This document shows, piece by piece, positions 32,474 to 45,924 of a stretch of DNA of 64,000 nt (position 1 is the first letter of the stretch; each line of letters begins with the position of its first letter). The notes under the pieces are model-generated. The model was not told where the DNA came from. It did not search any database and saw nothing but the letters and a program-made list of their open reading frames with translations. The DNA is from Schizosaccharomyces osmophilus (taxonomy: Eukaryota): positions 930,001-994,000 of the forward strand of contig NC_079240.1 of NCBI RefSeq assembly GCF_027921745.1, read 5' to 3'. The position numbers and the translations under genes were made by a program.

Positions 32474-33615
32474 TTTCACGTTTGTTTATTTAGTTGTCGT
32501 TCGTTTCGATCACGGTACCCAACGGACGGACCGTTATAATAATAATCGGCGGACGAGATTGGAGGCAGGCTCTATTCCACTTTCTTTTACATTCAAACTA
32601 CGCCTTTCAAAATGGAATCAAAATACATATATACAAAAGGAACCTTATTTCTTCCAATGATCTGAGCGACTAGTCATGGGTGAATACGTTTCCCGACTGC
32701 CTTGAATACTTTTCACTTTTTTTTTAAAAAAAGAATAAAAAGTAATTCTTTTTTCTATGAATAATTTGAATCGCATTCATCCTATATTCATCACATTTTG
32801 CAGTTCATTCATATCGAATAGTAAAGTAACGATCTAGTTCAATATCCTCTTTTGTAATATACATGGAGACTGCCTCTTGTACGTATATCCTCTCCATAGC
32901 CTTTACTAGACGTGGATTTCATTTTTCATTTTCCTTGTCAAATTGTATACGAATAACAATCGACATTTCTTTTCTCGTATTCCAATAGATAGTTTGTTAT
33001 ATTCGGACATTACGTGAACCAAAACAAAATACTTCAAGTGGAAATACAATCCGTTGGAATTTAACATAATAAACAAAGCATAAAAGAGACTATTTTTATC
33101 AGCAAAATAGAAACGTATCTCCTAGGTTATAGCAAAACCTATTTCAAGTTTTGTTGCATTAAATTTTCAACATCATTAATACTAAATAACGTTTCTATCA
33201 AGACAAAAAAAAGCCCCAAAGAATCATATCCGTCTGTCTCAACCATTGTCAATTGAGAATGCATAAGGATGTTACTCCGCGAATGACTGTTGTGAATAGA
33301 TAATATCTAGTTGAGACATTAGCAAAGGATTTTTTTGGTCATCAGCGTCATTAGCGATTTAAAAAGTATTTAACGTCGTCATAACTTAGCATTTGGGTGT
33401 CCTAAAAGAAGAAAAGAAATTATATTAACAAACAGATAGGATCCTACAATCATCAAGCATTCATATTTTTTGACTTTTAATTCAGTCAGGCCGATATAAA
33501 TAAATTTTTAGTCGTAAGCAACACGAAGCAGTAAATAGAGCGAGTGGAAATCATTATTTAAAAGCGTAAATTTTATACGTCGAATGATTAAAGGGCATCC
33601 ATAAACACATAAAAC

Positions 33616-35274
33616 TCAAAAATCACCGGTGGAAGCTCCTGGTTTGTGCCTCCGATTGTACAGGGTAGCATTGGAAAGGTTTAATTGAAATCCTTTAAAC
33701 CCACTATCATGTTGTTTTTTCGGTTTTTGCTGAGGAGATGCTGTATTGGGTGACCGTGAATTTGGAGAATTTGCTATATTGATTCGTTTTAGGGCATGCT
33801 CAACGTTGGAAGTAGCGGGGTCATATTCGCCCTCTTCCTCTATCAGATCATTCATGTTTCCGTAAAAGTTTGCCATTCCTTGATTACCACGGTAAAGACG
33901 CTTTCGCAATCTTTCTTGCTCCATTCGGTGAGCGGCATACGAGATATTAAATATCTCACGTAAGGAATTAACACCTGGCGTGCGAGCAGAAGGTATTTCA
34001 TCGTCAGCAAATGTGGCAACGTCATAAGAAAATGGACTTTCACTTTTCATAGGAGGAGCATCACTGGCAGGGAATGTAGGCTCCTCGGATTGTGTTATCC
34101 AAGGATGTGCTAACAGCTGATGAATGTCGTAGCGGGAATCTGGATCTACTGTCAACAAATGACTCACCAAGTCCTTGGCGCCCTTTGAAATATCATCCCA
34201 CCATGGAGACAAGAAGGTGTATTGACCATGGGCAACCTTATTAGTAAGAGAAGAAATGCTTTCGTCATAAAAAGGAGGAAACCCACAAAGGACGGTGTAT
34301 AAAACACAACCTAAGGCCCACATATCAACACTTTTGGAATACCTTCCATCGCGTACGATTTCAGGAGCAGTATATCCCATTGTACCACAGGGAGTCTGAG
34401 TGTGAGAATCCCAAATAACTTTACTGAGCCCAAAATCCGCTAAACGGATTCGACCAATTGTTCCGCCGCCAACTCCGGGGCGAAACTCGCCCTCATCAGC
34501 CTTGTCCGGATCATCGCCAGCACGATATTTTCTTATTTTTGATGGAATAAAATCAATCGGGTCAAAGAGCAAATTTTCTGGTTTGATATCGCGATGCACG
34601 ATACCACAGTCTTCATGGAGATAACGAATAGCATGTGCAGTCTGTAAAATTACATGACGAGCTAACTCTTCTGAAAAGTACGTAAAACGTACAATTTGAT
34701 GAAACAATTCGCCGCCCTCGGCTAATTCAAGGACAAGAAAAAAGTTTTCAGGAGTCTGGATAAAATCCAGAAGCTGAATTATGTTTGGGTGTTGAACTCG
34801 ACGCATCAATTGAATCTCTTTTAAAATATTGTGAGACTCGCAACCTTGACGACGGCCTGGGTTAATGGGATCAACGGGTTGAGCGCGTTGAACAGCCTTA
34901 ATAGCCACTTTTTCACCGGTGGTGTTATTAATTGCTTTGTACACATTACTAAACGCACCGTCTCCGGTTTTCGATAATAGGGTATAGTCTTCTAAACCTT
35001 CGTATAAGGGATATCGTTGACCAGAAGATTCTTCAGCAATAGCCTTTTCGATCATAGCTTGGATGGCACGCTCATACTCGGCACCTGTCTCTTCCTTTTT
35101 TCTTGAGCCATTTGGTTCCACTTGAAAAGAGGGAGTAAAGTTTTCGTCAAAATGAGCCCGGCGTGTTGGAAGCCTAGTCTCTGGTTTGCTGGTTTGTTTC
35201 GTGGCACTTGGGAAATTGCCGCTAGAACCCAAGGCTCTGCCTCTTTTGCCAGTGTCAGAAACAGGAGTGTTCAT
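33616..35274 (-). CDS. srk1: MAPK-activated protein kinase Srk1 (Rck2-like)
   Basis: GDGAFSNV, HRDIKPENLL, the Rck2-type insert DEGEF.PG.GGG, TPCGTMGYTAPE. Confidence 0.93.
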   Translation of the reverse strand: MNTPVSDTGKRGRALGSSGNFPSATKQTSKPETRLPTRRAHFDENFTPSFQVEPNGSRKKEETGAEYERAIQAMIEKAIAEESSGQRYPLYEGLEDYTLLSKTGDGAFSNVYKAINNTTGEKVAIKAVQRAQPVDPINPGRRQGCESHNILKEIQLMRRVQHPNIIQLLDFIQTPENFFLVLELAEGGELFHQIVRFTYFSEELARHVILQTAHAIRYLHEDCGIVHRDIKPENLLFDPIDFIPSKIRKYRAGDDPDKADEGEFRPGVGGGTIGRIRLADFGLSKVIWDSHTQTPCGTMGYTAPEIVRDGRYSKSVDMWALGCVLYTVLCGFPPFYDESISSLTNKVAHGQYTFLSPWWDDISKGAKDLVSHLLTVDPDSRYDIHQLLAHPWITQSEEPTFPASDAPPMKSESPFSYDVATFADDEIPSARTPGVNSLREIFNISYAAHRMEQERLRKRLYRGNQGMANFYGNMNDLIEEEGEYDPATSNVEHALKRINIANSPNSRSPNTASPQQKPKKQHDSGFKGFQLNLSNATLYNRRHKPGASTGDF

Positions 35275-35849
35275 ATTCTGGGGATTCAACTTTTCTCCCG
35301 CGTTGTTTGATTTTCGGAATGGGTTCTACACGCCAACAGTTAGTAACAAACCGATACTGAAGAAAACCAAAAGAACTGGTCTGAACAAAGAACAAGAAAG
35401 AGAGCAACTTAATAAAGGTGGGCGAATTTAAGATCGAAACGAAACATTTCCAGAGGTATGACCAAACATCAAAGCTGATACTAATCCTGTGACAGATACA
35501 AACAACGCATCGCCGCATTGTATCATGGACTGAGTAACTAGGTAACGATGTAAATAAACTTGCGAAATGTTGTCACACTATTCTTCCAATGTTTGGAATT
35601 CCCCTAGCTTTTGTAAAATGCCCAAGCTCAAGCAAAGACAGTAACTTTTGATTTTACCATCTACGGGTTTGAAGACATACTTTGCCGAATATCATATATA
35701 TTGGTAAATAGACTCAACAGGGATATCCTCTGTTTCAATTTTTATTGAGCTCTTCGTATTAAAACTCGTTTTCTTGGCGTTTTTTTACTTTTCTCTCAGG
35801 GAATCGTGTGTTACGCGCAGATGAAAATAAATATGCGGCATCCTACTTT

Positions 35850-35917
35850 TGACGTTGCAGTCTACGTCATGATGAATAGAGTTCTGTGCTAAGCTTCGGT
35901 AAATTATCCTTGACGTA
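35850..35917. promoter_or_regulatory. Three CRE (Atf1/Pcr1-type) sites upstream of srk1
   Basis: TGACGT at 35850, ACGTCAT at 35864 (reverse of ATGACGT) and TGACGTA at 35911; srk1 is stress-induced in S. pombe. Confidence 0.6.
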
Positions 35918-36783
35918 AGGGTGAGTAAGAAATACGTATAAGAAACAACAAGTAACAAGCTCTTACAGATGTTTGTTTGTAAATAAACCAGGAGAAACGC
36001 TAGTAAAAAGAAGTTGTACGGGCATTTCGTGTTTTTCAACAACAACAAGAGATACTTTCAGGAGTTTTTATGGAGATATATAGAACTGGTTGAGCTTGAA
36101 ATCTTTTTTTAACGATGGATTGGTCTATTTTGAGAAAACAAACAATAGCACGACAATTACGACTTCGCATGGAGGAGAAACAAGGTAGAGACTGATTTCT
36201 TTTCAATCAATACAACGCTATATCGACATGGCTATGGACAACTTTGGACAGGCGATTCTTGTCACTTTACCTTTAATTTTTTCTTGAAAATGGATTGATT
36301 CCATAAAAATCTCAGTAAGTGATATCGTCTCTTACTTGATGTAGGCGTCGATATACTCTAGGTTTCTTTTTTTATTTGTTTGGGAATCCTAAATAAACAA
36401 ATTCATATAATACAGTATTGTGGGGCAATCTTATTTCTACTATACATTGTAATTTGTACGAACGAAATGGTTTCGTTTAACAAGTCCTATGATCATAAGA
36501 AATTCTCTTGTTAATTGACTTTCCCCATAGTGGGTCTGCATGAGTTCTATTTTAAGTAATCGATTCCATTGTATGATAATAATAATTTACTGATCCCATG
36601 AAATGTAAAACCTTTTGACTCTTTGCTCTCGTTAATTATTTCTCAAATGTCGCTTTTTTTTGGTAATTGTTTCCTCTTACAAATCAGGCATCTACCATCC
36701 AACAACTAAAAGGAAATAGTTTCCACTTTTTATTCCTAACCTATCTACCGTTTATATTTTGTAGTTTCATTTGTTGGTTTTCC

Positions 36784-39700
36784 TTATAACATGGAATTCA
36801 TTTGGTCCAAGAGGGCAGGATCCACCATGGTTAAATACTCCTTCTCGAAAATTTCTGCTCCACCATTCTTTTCTTGGCATTCCAAGAACGTGGACACAAA
36901 GAATGTTTTGGACTGTACGCTATGTACAGCATCTTTAGACAAAATCTAAACACATATTAGTCTTTATCTCCTCAAACAGTTCCTTACCATTTTTCGGCGA
37001 TTCATTTCTTCTGAAGACTCATCCAGGTAAAATCCCACAGCGGAATAGTCTTCGTTTTTGTAGTAGATCGGTGCGCTGCCTGTTAGTTTTCTCATCTAAC
37101 ATCTTTTTGCAATAAATTGCACATATATAAGTAACATACTCTCCCTTTTCGTCTTCCTCCACTTCGCTTAAAACGCTAAACCAAAGATGCATGATTGGAT
37201 TCAAGGCCTCCAAGACTTCTTCTGCATTTGTGCGTAGTAACGAAGTAAGTGCAAGAGCCGTTAGCTTTCGATCTTTTGCATGTGTAATATAATCAAACTA
37301 AATAGCTCGTTAATAAATTCTTTGCCCCAACCCCATTTTTTCTTCATACCAATGAAATCCAGTATTGTAAAAGCATGTACACACTTAACCGCTGTGTCAA
37401 ACACGTACTGATGATAACGTTCGGAAATGACAGGCTAATCCTCGATAATAGCAACGAATACTGTACAAGCGTTTGAGCGTGTTTCTATTTCATGTTAGTA
37501 TTCAACTGACATACATACATACTTCTGAGCTTAAGATGGAATTTAACACGACAGGAAGCAATGTAGAGTGACCTAGAGATTCCTGGAGAGAATCTCCTGC
37601 ATTCACTTCAAATATTAAACTGAGCGTTTTACACAAAGCCAAAAGCGTATCATTTTTCACATCGCCTAAAAGGTTCGTTAACCTTTCTAAAACCTCAAGG
37701 GAATAATTGTCAAGAATGACTGAGCTTTTAAGTAAAAGGTAGCTATTCAAAATCATCAAGGTAAAAGGAAGGGATGATGTAGCCTGCGAAAGCTGGTGTA
37801 ACAAATGTGGAACGAGTAGTGTAAACTCTTCAGGAAGTACTTCTACATACTGAAGAAAAGAGCTCCAAAGCTCCACTGCATCTGCTTCATACATAACTTG
37901 GTCTGGAGACTCAGCATTCACGCAGTAGTCGATAATCACAGCCAACATTTGGGAAAATTGTATTGACTTGTGTTTGATTGCCTGAACAAGGTTAGAAAAT
38001 GAAAAATAGTATCACATACGATAACAAATTGGGCCAAAACTCCCAAAATCCTGGTTCGAAGCATAGGCTCACTAGCCCATTCATTCCATAATTGGAATAA
38101 AAGAGAAGCAGTCATTTCTTCCAAAGGAGCTATATTGGATCCGGCTCGAGAAATTAGCGTACCAAGCAACGATAGCGTCGATAATTTGCCTTCCATAGTT
38201 TGGAATTCATTAACTGACGATAAAACACTGTAAAAAAGATCATTCTTGACATTTAAAAATTCGCTTTCTAAAAATGACCAGTCATCCAAGACACCGCGCA
38301 AAGAATCAATAGACGTAAGCCGTACAACAGAATCGTTACAAGGATCATTTCGGTTTAGTAATAGTGCGTACATGTGATATATTAACCCCATCAATGACTC
38401 ACCTGACGGTAAATGTTCTATCCATTGAGACAAAAAGATGGATACCCTTCTTCTCAGGACACGAGCAACTCCGCCATTAGTGATTTTCGCCAAATTGGGG
38501 ATAGCTGCCTTTTTTAACCAGTCAGCAAACGGAAACATATCCTTCAAATGAGATGCACCGGTCCCAATAGAGCACAAAAGAGCGTCTTGCTGTATAGATT
38601 CTTCCAACGTAGATGGACACTGAAATACCGATTCAAGCATACTTTCAAATTGATGGGAATATAACTCCCCGAAATGATCAAAAAGGCAACTCAACAGATT
38701 TTCAGAGCAGGGCTATAATTGTTAGCACAAATTCGACAATGCAATAATCCATGACTTACGCGAATATTATAATCTGCATCGTGGGTGGATTGATCGAGGA
38801 CCCATTGTTCAGGGTCTTCTGACCAATCCTCAAAATCGGATTCAGAAAGAACTAGTAGCTTTGTAATAATAAATTGAAGAAGCACAAAATGTCTATCACC
38901 CATCAAAAATGACTGACGGATGATTTCGCTTGCTTCAGGATGAGAGGATTTTGTATCTTCGATTTCTCTAAGTACAGTTATGAATACTCTCAAGCTCATT
39001 AAGACAAGCTTTTCCAAGTCTTTTAATAACTCCGGGAAACTAGAAGAAGCCGCAAAAAGCTTGTCGACCTGCAGTAACCACGACATATGGACAGATATAT
39101 AATCAATGGTAGATGGGAAGACAGTTAAACATGGCGAGTAAGAAGCGAAATCAAAAAACAACTTGTTGAACAGATATGCATGGGCGACCAATTGTTCGGG
39201 AATACGATCGTCAATCTGCGATGAAGAAGGCGAAATGTAGAGGTTGGAAAGTAAGCTTAAGACTTTTTGTTGAGATACGGCTCCAAAAGAAAGCATTTCT
39301 TTGCTGAGATTACTATCACTTGGGTTTGGTACACCGAAAATAACCAATCTTCTGCATGTCTTGAGAGCATAGCGCGAAATCTGCATTGAGTAATATATGG
39401 CTTCTGAAGAATGTGTAGACGGGGTTTCCAGCGCATGCATCCATTGTGAAATATGCCAGTCCAAAATTGGTTGCAGAGTCAAGAGGAGATGGGGAGTTAT
39501 TTCATAAAACGTTTTTCTAGCTTGAAGCAACCGATTTCCGGCCATGGCTTTGACTATATGATGCAGGGTAATAAGCAATCGTAATGCTAAATGAGGTTGT
39601 TGAGCATCAAAATTTTGATGAAGACTAGATATCAGTTCTTGAAATAGAGAAGGCCACTCAGAGGGGTAATCTTGGCGAGCTATTCTGGATAAAACGAGAG

Positions 39701-40084
39701 CATTTTGAACAACTAACTGATCTTCCGAGTGAACAGATCCAGCAAGTGCATTATTTCGAAAGAATTCTTTTTCACCAGGCAATAGAGATCTAAATTAAGT
39801 AAGTTAGCTATGAAAAGCCATACAAGCAGACAAACGTCGTGTCTATATCCAACTTACGACTTCGTGTTTTTTCTCCAAATAACATCAATAGAATTTCTTA
39901 TTTGAATGATTGCAAGCCACCGTAAGCTAATATCGTTTTGCTTGTCTAAAAAGATACTGTATAATTTAGGAAAGAAACCAGGTTCTTTCTTCCATTCTTG
40001 AAGATACGTCTCTGCATCTTTCACAGAGGCGGGGTCTTGGCTTGCTGCTCGTTTTAGTTGATATAAAACAGGATCTATTTCCAT
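36784..40084 (-). CDS. kap113: Importin-beta family karyopherin (importin-11/Kap120-like), 8 exons
   Basis: IBN_N start, SRIARQDYPSEWP, DWSEDPEQW, RRRVSIFLSQW. Seven GT..AG introns (39790-39857, 38713-38759, 37982-38019, 37485-37522, 37298-37349, 37076-37139, 36946-36987) join the track ORFs. Confidence 0.88.
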
Positions 40085-40953
40085 CAGAGACAGAATACGA
40101 AACCAAGGGCTGTAGATTGTTACAACTCTATAGAAATATACTTGTCTTTACTAGAGGAGGGTTTAATATTACTGAACAGTATTTTATAATTTATAACTAT
40201 AACCAGTATGATTTGTGCGATGCTACCTAAACCTCGATTATACGAACTATCTGAAAAGAGAAACGAGAAATTGTCCTTTATACTTTTTAGAAGAGAATGA
40301 TTCTAAAGAAAGATAAAGATATTAATAAAGAGTCTTTAGTTGATCAGGTTGGCGAGTTGTCTGGTCCCTTAAAAGGCATCACTCGTTTCTCAAGCTTATA
40401 GCAATTTACTTCTTGAAATACATAGTATAGTTGCAACTGTGCAACGAAACCCGAGAGTTTGCAGTATATATACCCATGCATTGTTCTAAATGGTAGTGTT
40501 TTTTATGGCTGCGACGGCTACCTGTTTATTGAATATTTCGACAAATGCTTTCAAGTGTGTTTCCATGCGTATATGTTTATATCATATATATCAACAGTCG
40601 AAGTCAATGAAAAATAAAAAAAGAGAGAAAAACCATCATTGAAATAACACGCATGATTTTTCTGTATTTATTCCTATAGACTTTTATTTATTGTTTACCG
40701 TAGCTACTGCGGCCTTAGAATAACGATATCGCAAATTGTCATTATGGCTTTACTGTGCTTGATATGAGTACCTTTCGTCCCTCCCACCCAACATAAACAA
40801 ACCTTTCTTCATTCATAAAACATAAAGAATTGTTTTATATTTGAAGAGAAATAGACAAAACTTGGATTTTTGGCAGCTTGTTCTACGTTGCAAGATAATT
40901 TTCTTTGGATTTCTGGTATTTTAGTTTGTTCGTAGCGAACACGTGTTTGTACA

Positions 40954-42850
40954 ATGAAGATTTCGTTGGATCCTTCGACGCAATCGAATTATTATGATGT
41001 TGCTATTCAACATTTACTGTTAGATGCAGAAATCGACTTTGACAAGGAGCTTCTTTTTGGTGCTGTCGAGTACAAAATTCAGTCTGCTCGCATTTCTCAA
41101 CCATTGTCCCACATCATCTTGGATACATCCTACCTAGATGTTAAGGCAGTTTCCTTAAACGACACGTCTGTTCCCTTCCGTGTTGATGAACGCCGTGATT
41201 TCTTAGGAAATGCCCTTCACGTCGTTCCTCCAATGCCAATCCCTGCCGTAGATGTTGCAACTTTACGTATTAGCTTTTCTACTACTAAGGAATGTACAGC
41301 CATTCAATTTCTAGACCCTCAACAGACCATTGGAGGAAACGCTCCCTACATGTTTTCTCAATGCCAAGCCATCCATGCTCGTTCTATGCTCCCCTGCCAA
41401 GACACCCCTTCTGTAAAAGTACCTTGCACTTTTCATATCCGATCTAAACTGCCCGTCATCGCATCTGGCATTCCTTGTGGTACTTGTGATTTTCGCGATG
41501 ATTCTCTCGTATATATGTTTGAGCAACCTCTTGGTATTCCTTCCTATTTGATTTCTATCTTAAGTGGTGATCTTGCTTCTTCTTCGGTGGGCCCTCGTTC
41601 CACCGTTTATACCGAACCCGACAACATCGTCGCTTGTAAGTTTGAATTTGAACATGATATGGAAAATTTCATGAAGGCCGCCGAATCTCTTACCACCCCC
41701 TACGCATGGACTCGCTATGACTTTGTTGTCCTCCCTCCTTCTTTTCCTTATGGTGGTATGGAAAACCCTAATGCGACATTTGCTACTCCCACTCTGATTG
41801 CTGGTGATCGCTCAAATGTCTCCGTCATTGCTCATGAACTTGCTCATTCTTGGAGTGGTAACCTCGTTACCAACGAATCTTGGCAGTGTTTCTGGCTCAA
41901 TGAAGGCATGACTGTATTTTTAGAGAGAAAAATTATCGGTCGCATTCAAGGTGAAAAGCATCGCCAGTTTGATGCCATCATTGGCTGGGGTGAATTGAAA
42001 GAAGCCGTGGAACTTTTCGGTAAAGATCATGAATTTACAAAGCTTATCGTTGACCTCGACGGAAAGGACCCTGATGATGCCTTTTCAACTATTCCTTATG
42101 AAAAGGGTTTCAACTTCCTTTATGAAATCGAGCGTGTTATCGGTGGCCCTACTGTTTTCGAACCTTTCCTGTCGTTCTATTTCAGAAAGTTTGCTAACTC
42201 TACTGTCAACGAAACTAAATTCAAGAATGCTCTCTATGAATACTTTAAGCCTTTAGGTCTTTCTAATGCTCTTGATTCTATTGATTGGGATGCATGGTTT
42301 TATGCACCCGGCATGCCCCCAGTAATTCCCAAATTTGATACCACATTAGCTGACAACTGTTACAAGCTTGCTGACGTATGGGTAACTAGCGCTAAATCAT
42401 CCCAAAGCCCCGATCATTTTAAGCAAGATGACATTAAAGGTTGGTCTGCTGGTCAACTCTCTCTCTTCCTTGATGTTCTTTTTGAGACAGACGCCTTCCC
42501 TCAAAATTATATAGCTGCCATGGACTCTGCTTACTCCTTTTCCAATTCTAAGAATGCTGAAATTTCTTTCCGCTACTTTAAACTTGTCCTAAAAAGCAGA
42601 TACAAACCTCTTTACAAACTTGTTGTTGATCAAGTGGGCAAGGTTGGTCGTATGAAATTCGTTCGGTATGTTCTTTTCTTTGCTGTTTTCTTTAGATTTC
42701 TTACTAACATTTTTCTTTAGTCCTACTTATCGTTTGTTAAACCAAGCTGATCATGAATTGGCAGTGAGGACCTTCAAAAAGTATAGCAATTTCTACCATA
42801 AGATTTGCGCCGGCCTTGTTAAGAAGGATTTAGGCATCACTGAAAACTAA
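40954..42850 (+). CDS. lap2: Leukotriene A4 hydrolase-like M1 aminopeptidase; intron 42666-42720
   Basis: [27 protein letters not shown] zinc motif, GRMKFVRP. Confidence 0.95.
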
Positions 42851-43156
42851 AGCATCTTACAAGCCTACAGAGTTTACGATTCAGTGAGTTTTTACTAAGT
42901 CTGATTTTCATAAAATAATTTATAAACTTGACTAGACACGTTTTTAGATTAGACATGAAATAATGATAATTTTAAGTACTTTTTTTTTCTGTCGAGCATA
43001 TCATAGAGAACGTAAAGAAATCATATCAAGTCATTTTCCCGCGATCGTTGTGGACAACAGTAATTTACGCTAAAACTAAAGGAAACTTCATAAGGAAAGC
43101 TAATTATAAACATGAAAATCTATGCGAATAATGACTTAATGTAAAAAGAAAGAATC

Positions 43157-44674
43157 TTAATGTTCGAGAATGTTAAGATTACCAGTTATAACGCAGTTTT
43201 CAAGGACGGAGCCATTAGGAATGTCAATGGTGTTAGAGTCACTGGCGACAATAATTACAGTACCCTTAAGAGTCACATTACGACCAATATTGACGTTACC
43301 GGTAATAGTAAGATGGTCCAACTCCAAAATCTTAGGAATGCTAGGAATATGAGAGGTGAAGTCGGCAACCTTCTTGAAGTGAGTACCCAATTTGACAAGA
43401 GGAGCAGAGCCACCGAAACGACGAGGGTTCATGTCCAATTGGCCATGATTGATTGAGTAGAGATCAGACTTAACAAGGAGCAAATCAGAGCAGGTCTTAA
43501 CAGGCAAGAAACGTCTTCTGGGAACGTTTACACCGTGAGCGTTCTTGAAATGGCGAATAGCAGCACCAGCAGCGGTTTCCAATTGAACGATGTTAATGTT
43601 CTCGCCCTTGTGCTTAATAGTCTTGTTGTTGGGGATAATTTCCATAGAAAGCTCGTGGTTTTGAACAACGCGCTTCACGGAAGGAAGATGGAACCAGAGA
43701 TTGTTGGTGTTAAAGTACCTAAACTTTTTGATAGACTTGAATTCCTCGACGTGTTGAGAAGGAACTTGGGCAATTTCGAGCAAACGAACTTTGCCATCAT
43801 AGTCAATCAAGGTACCACCCTTAACATCGGCTTTAGTCTTGTTGGTCAATTCCATTATGTATTCGGCCTTGGTTTCAACCATGTGGTTTAGGATGTTCAA
43901 ATCCACAACAGCACCCAAGTTGTCGATGTTGCTGACAAACAAGTATTCCTTACCCTCAGCAAGGAGCTTGTCAACAACACCGCTGTTGGAAAGAGCTTCG
44001 AAAACATCACCATGGCCAGGGGGATACCATTGATCGATAGGAGAATCAATGGAGTCAGCAACAGGGAGCAAAGTCTCCTTGTGAACACGAGGATAACGAG
44101 ATTGGTTAAAAGTTAAAATATCAATCTTGTGAGCCTCATACTTCTTGATAAGCTTAGCAGTAGCCTCGTCTGTGTTGAAAGAGTTCATCAAGACAAAAGG
44201 GACGTTCACATTGTACTTTCTGTTCAAGTGTTCGATTTGACGGACGGACAAATCCAAAAAGCTGTTTCCTTCACGAACTTCAATGATAGATTTGGGACCA
44301 ACGCAGCCCATAGTAGTACCCAAACCACCGTTCAACTTCAAGACAGCAAGCTTGTTCAAATAGTCGCGAGTAAGAGTAGTGTCATTCAAAGTATCATACT
44401 CAACAACTTGTTTGGGTTTAGGGGACTTGACCAAATCCCAGTCAATCTCAGTACCCTTAGCGCTCTCTTGCAAGTAGCGGTTAAAGAGGCTGAAGAAATT
44501 GTCCATTTCCTTCTTGAAAGCCTTCTTGGTCTCAGGTTCTTTGACAGTCTCAGTAAGTTGATTCAACTCATTCTTCATAGTACTAGCAGCTATACTAGTG
44601 GCAGTGTTGTCAAAAGCAAAAGCTGATTGTGACTTGCTGTGTTGACGGCCAAGAGGACGAGAAGGGAGCTCCAT
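43157..44674 (-). CDS. fyu1: UTP-glucose-1-phosphate uridylyltransferase
   Basis: [25 protein letters not shown] and VSNIDNLGA motifs. Confidence 0.95.
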   Translation of the reverse strand: MELPSRPLGRQHSKSQSAFAFDNTATSIAASTMKNELNQLTETVKEPETKKAFKKEMDNFFSLFNRYLQESAKGTEIDWDLVKSPKPKQVVEYDTLNDTTLTRDYLNKLAVLKLNGGLGTTMGCVGPKSIIEVREGNSFLDLSVRQIEHLNRKYNVNVPFVLMNSFNTDEATAKLIKKYEAHKIDILTFNQSRYPRVHKETLLPVADSIDSPIDQWYPPGHGDVFEALSNSGVVDKLLAEGKEYLFVSNIDNLGAVVDLNILNHMVETKAEYIMELTNKTKADVKGGTLIDYDGKVRLLEIAQVPSQHVEEFKSIKKFRYFNTNNLWFHLPSVKRVVQNHELSMEIIPNNKTIKHKGENINIVQLETAAGAAIRHFKNAHGVNVPRRRFLPVKTCSDLLLVKSDLYSINHGQLDMNPRRFGGSAPLVKLGTHFKKVADFTSHIPSIPKILELDHLTITGNVNIGRNVTLKGTVIIVASDSNTIDIPNGSVLENCVITGNLNILEH

Positions 44675-45684
44675 TTTTTCTAAATTTGTTCTTCTATGAA
44701 CGGTCTAAATGGTTCTTAAATGAAAGACTGAATAATAACTCACTGAAGCGGTAATGGTGGAAGTTAAGTTGGGAGTGTGGCTGTACCTATATAAACGCAT
44801 GTCTGACATCAAAAATAGGTAACAGCAGTAACAGTTGTTACAGTGACCATTTAATGGGAGTGCGGATTAAATGGGTAGCATAAACAAACAAAACAATAAT
44901 TAAACCCAAAAACAAAACGATAATTTTTTGAGTTTCTTCCAAACAAACCATAATTTTTTTTTTATTTTCCTATTTATCAAAGAACTTTTTTGTCTTTGAA
45001 AGAAGGTTCTCTCAAATACTGTTGACAATAGAAACATTTAGTTACTCAACATTTTTTTTCATGGACAAATCTACTGTAGTAACAAACAGCCATTGATATT
45101 TGTTTACATTCCAAGTTGCCAGCCGTGTACTGAATATAAGAAAATTTGCATATAAAAGGACGATTGCACTCAAGGAGGAAAACGTCTTTCCGAATGTTGG
45201 AGGGAGACAATAGTTGGATTTCCTACGTTTTGCAAGTTTAATCATTTCCATATATTGCCAAGCATGTTTAAATTTTGGTTCATTCAGACATGTAGATTGA
45301 TTCGTAGAATAGGTGGATAAAATGCTTTTGTTTGCATGTCGAGCATTACTCATCAATGCGGTTTATTTGACAAGGTTTCATAAATTATAATTGTTTGATA
45401 CCGTTTCATGCAAGGTTTTTCTCTTTTTTTTCCAAATACAATGGCATTGCCATTTTTTATTTCATTTGCTTATCGTAAAAAAAGTTTATCTCTTTCATAT
45501 AGACCATGCGCAGGTTCTAACCGTTGCACAGTACATTGCGTGAAGAGGAAGAGACTCAGTATAAAAAAAACAAAATAATAAATAAATTATAAGAATTAAA
45601 TACGAATCCTTAGAAACGATTGTAAAGATTGGACGACTCATACATACCTTTTACCATAAAGTCATTCATTCAACCAAGAAAGCT

Positions 45685-45715
45685 GGAAGGAAGGAAGGAA
45701 GGAAAGAAGGAAGGG
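45685..45715. repeat. (GGAA)n microsatellite
   Basis: About seven GGAA units with one mismatch. Confidence 0.85.
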
Positions 45716-45924
45716 CTAAGAAAATGAATACTCATAAGGTTTTGGGAATATTGGCCAAAAATTAATAAAAAAAAAACGAACGGAGTAACATGGAACCGGC
45801 AAAAGAAGGCCAAGTATTACCACAATAGTGAGCATGTCTAGAAACAAAAGAAACAAATACCATACCAAAGAAACCAATCAATAATGACGTCTTCTTGATC
45901 TAAGATCCAAGGCAACGTCCTCCA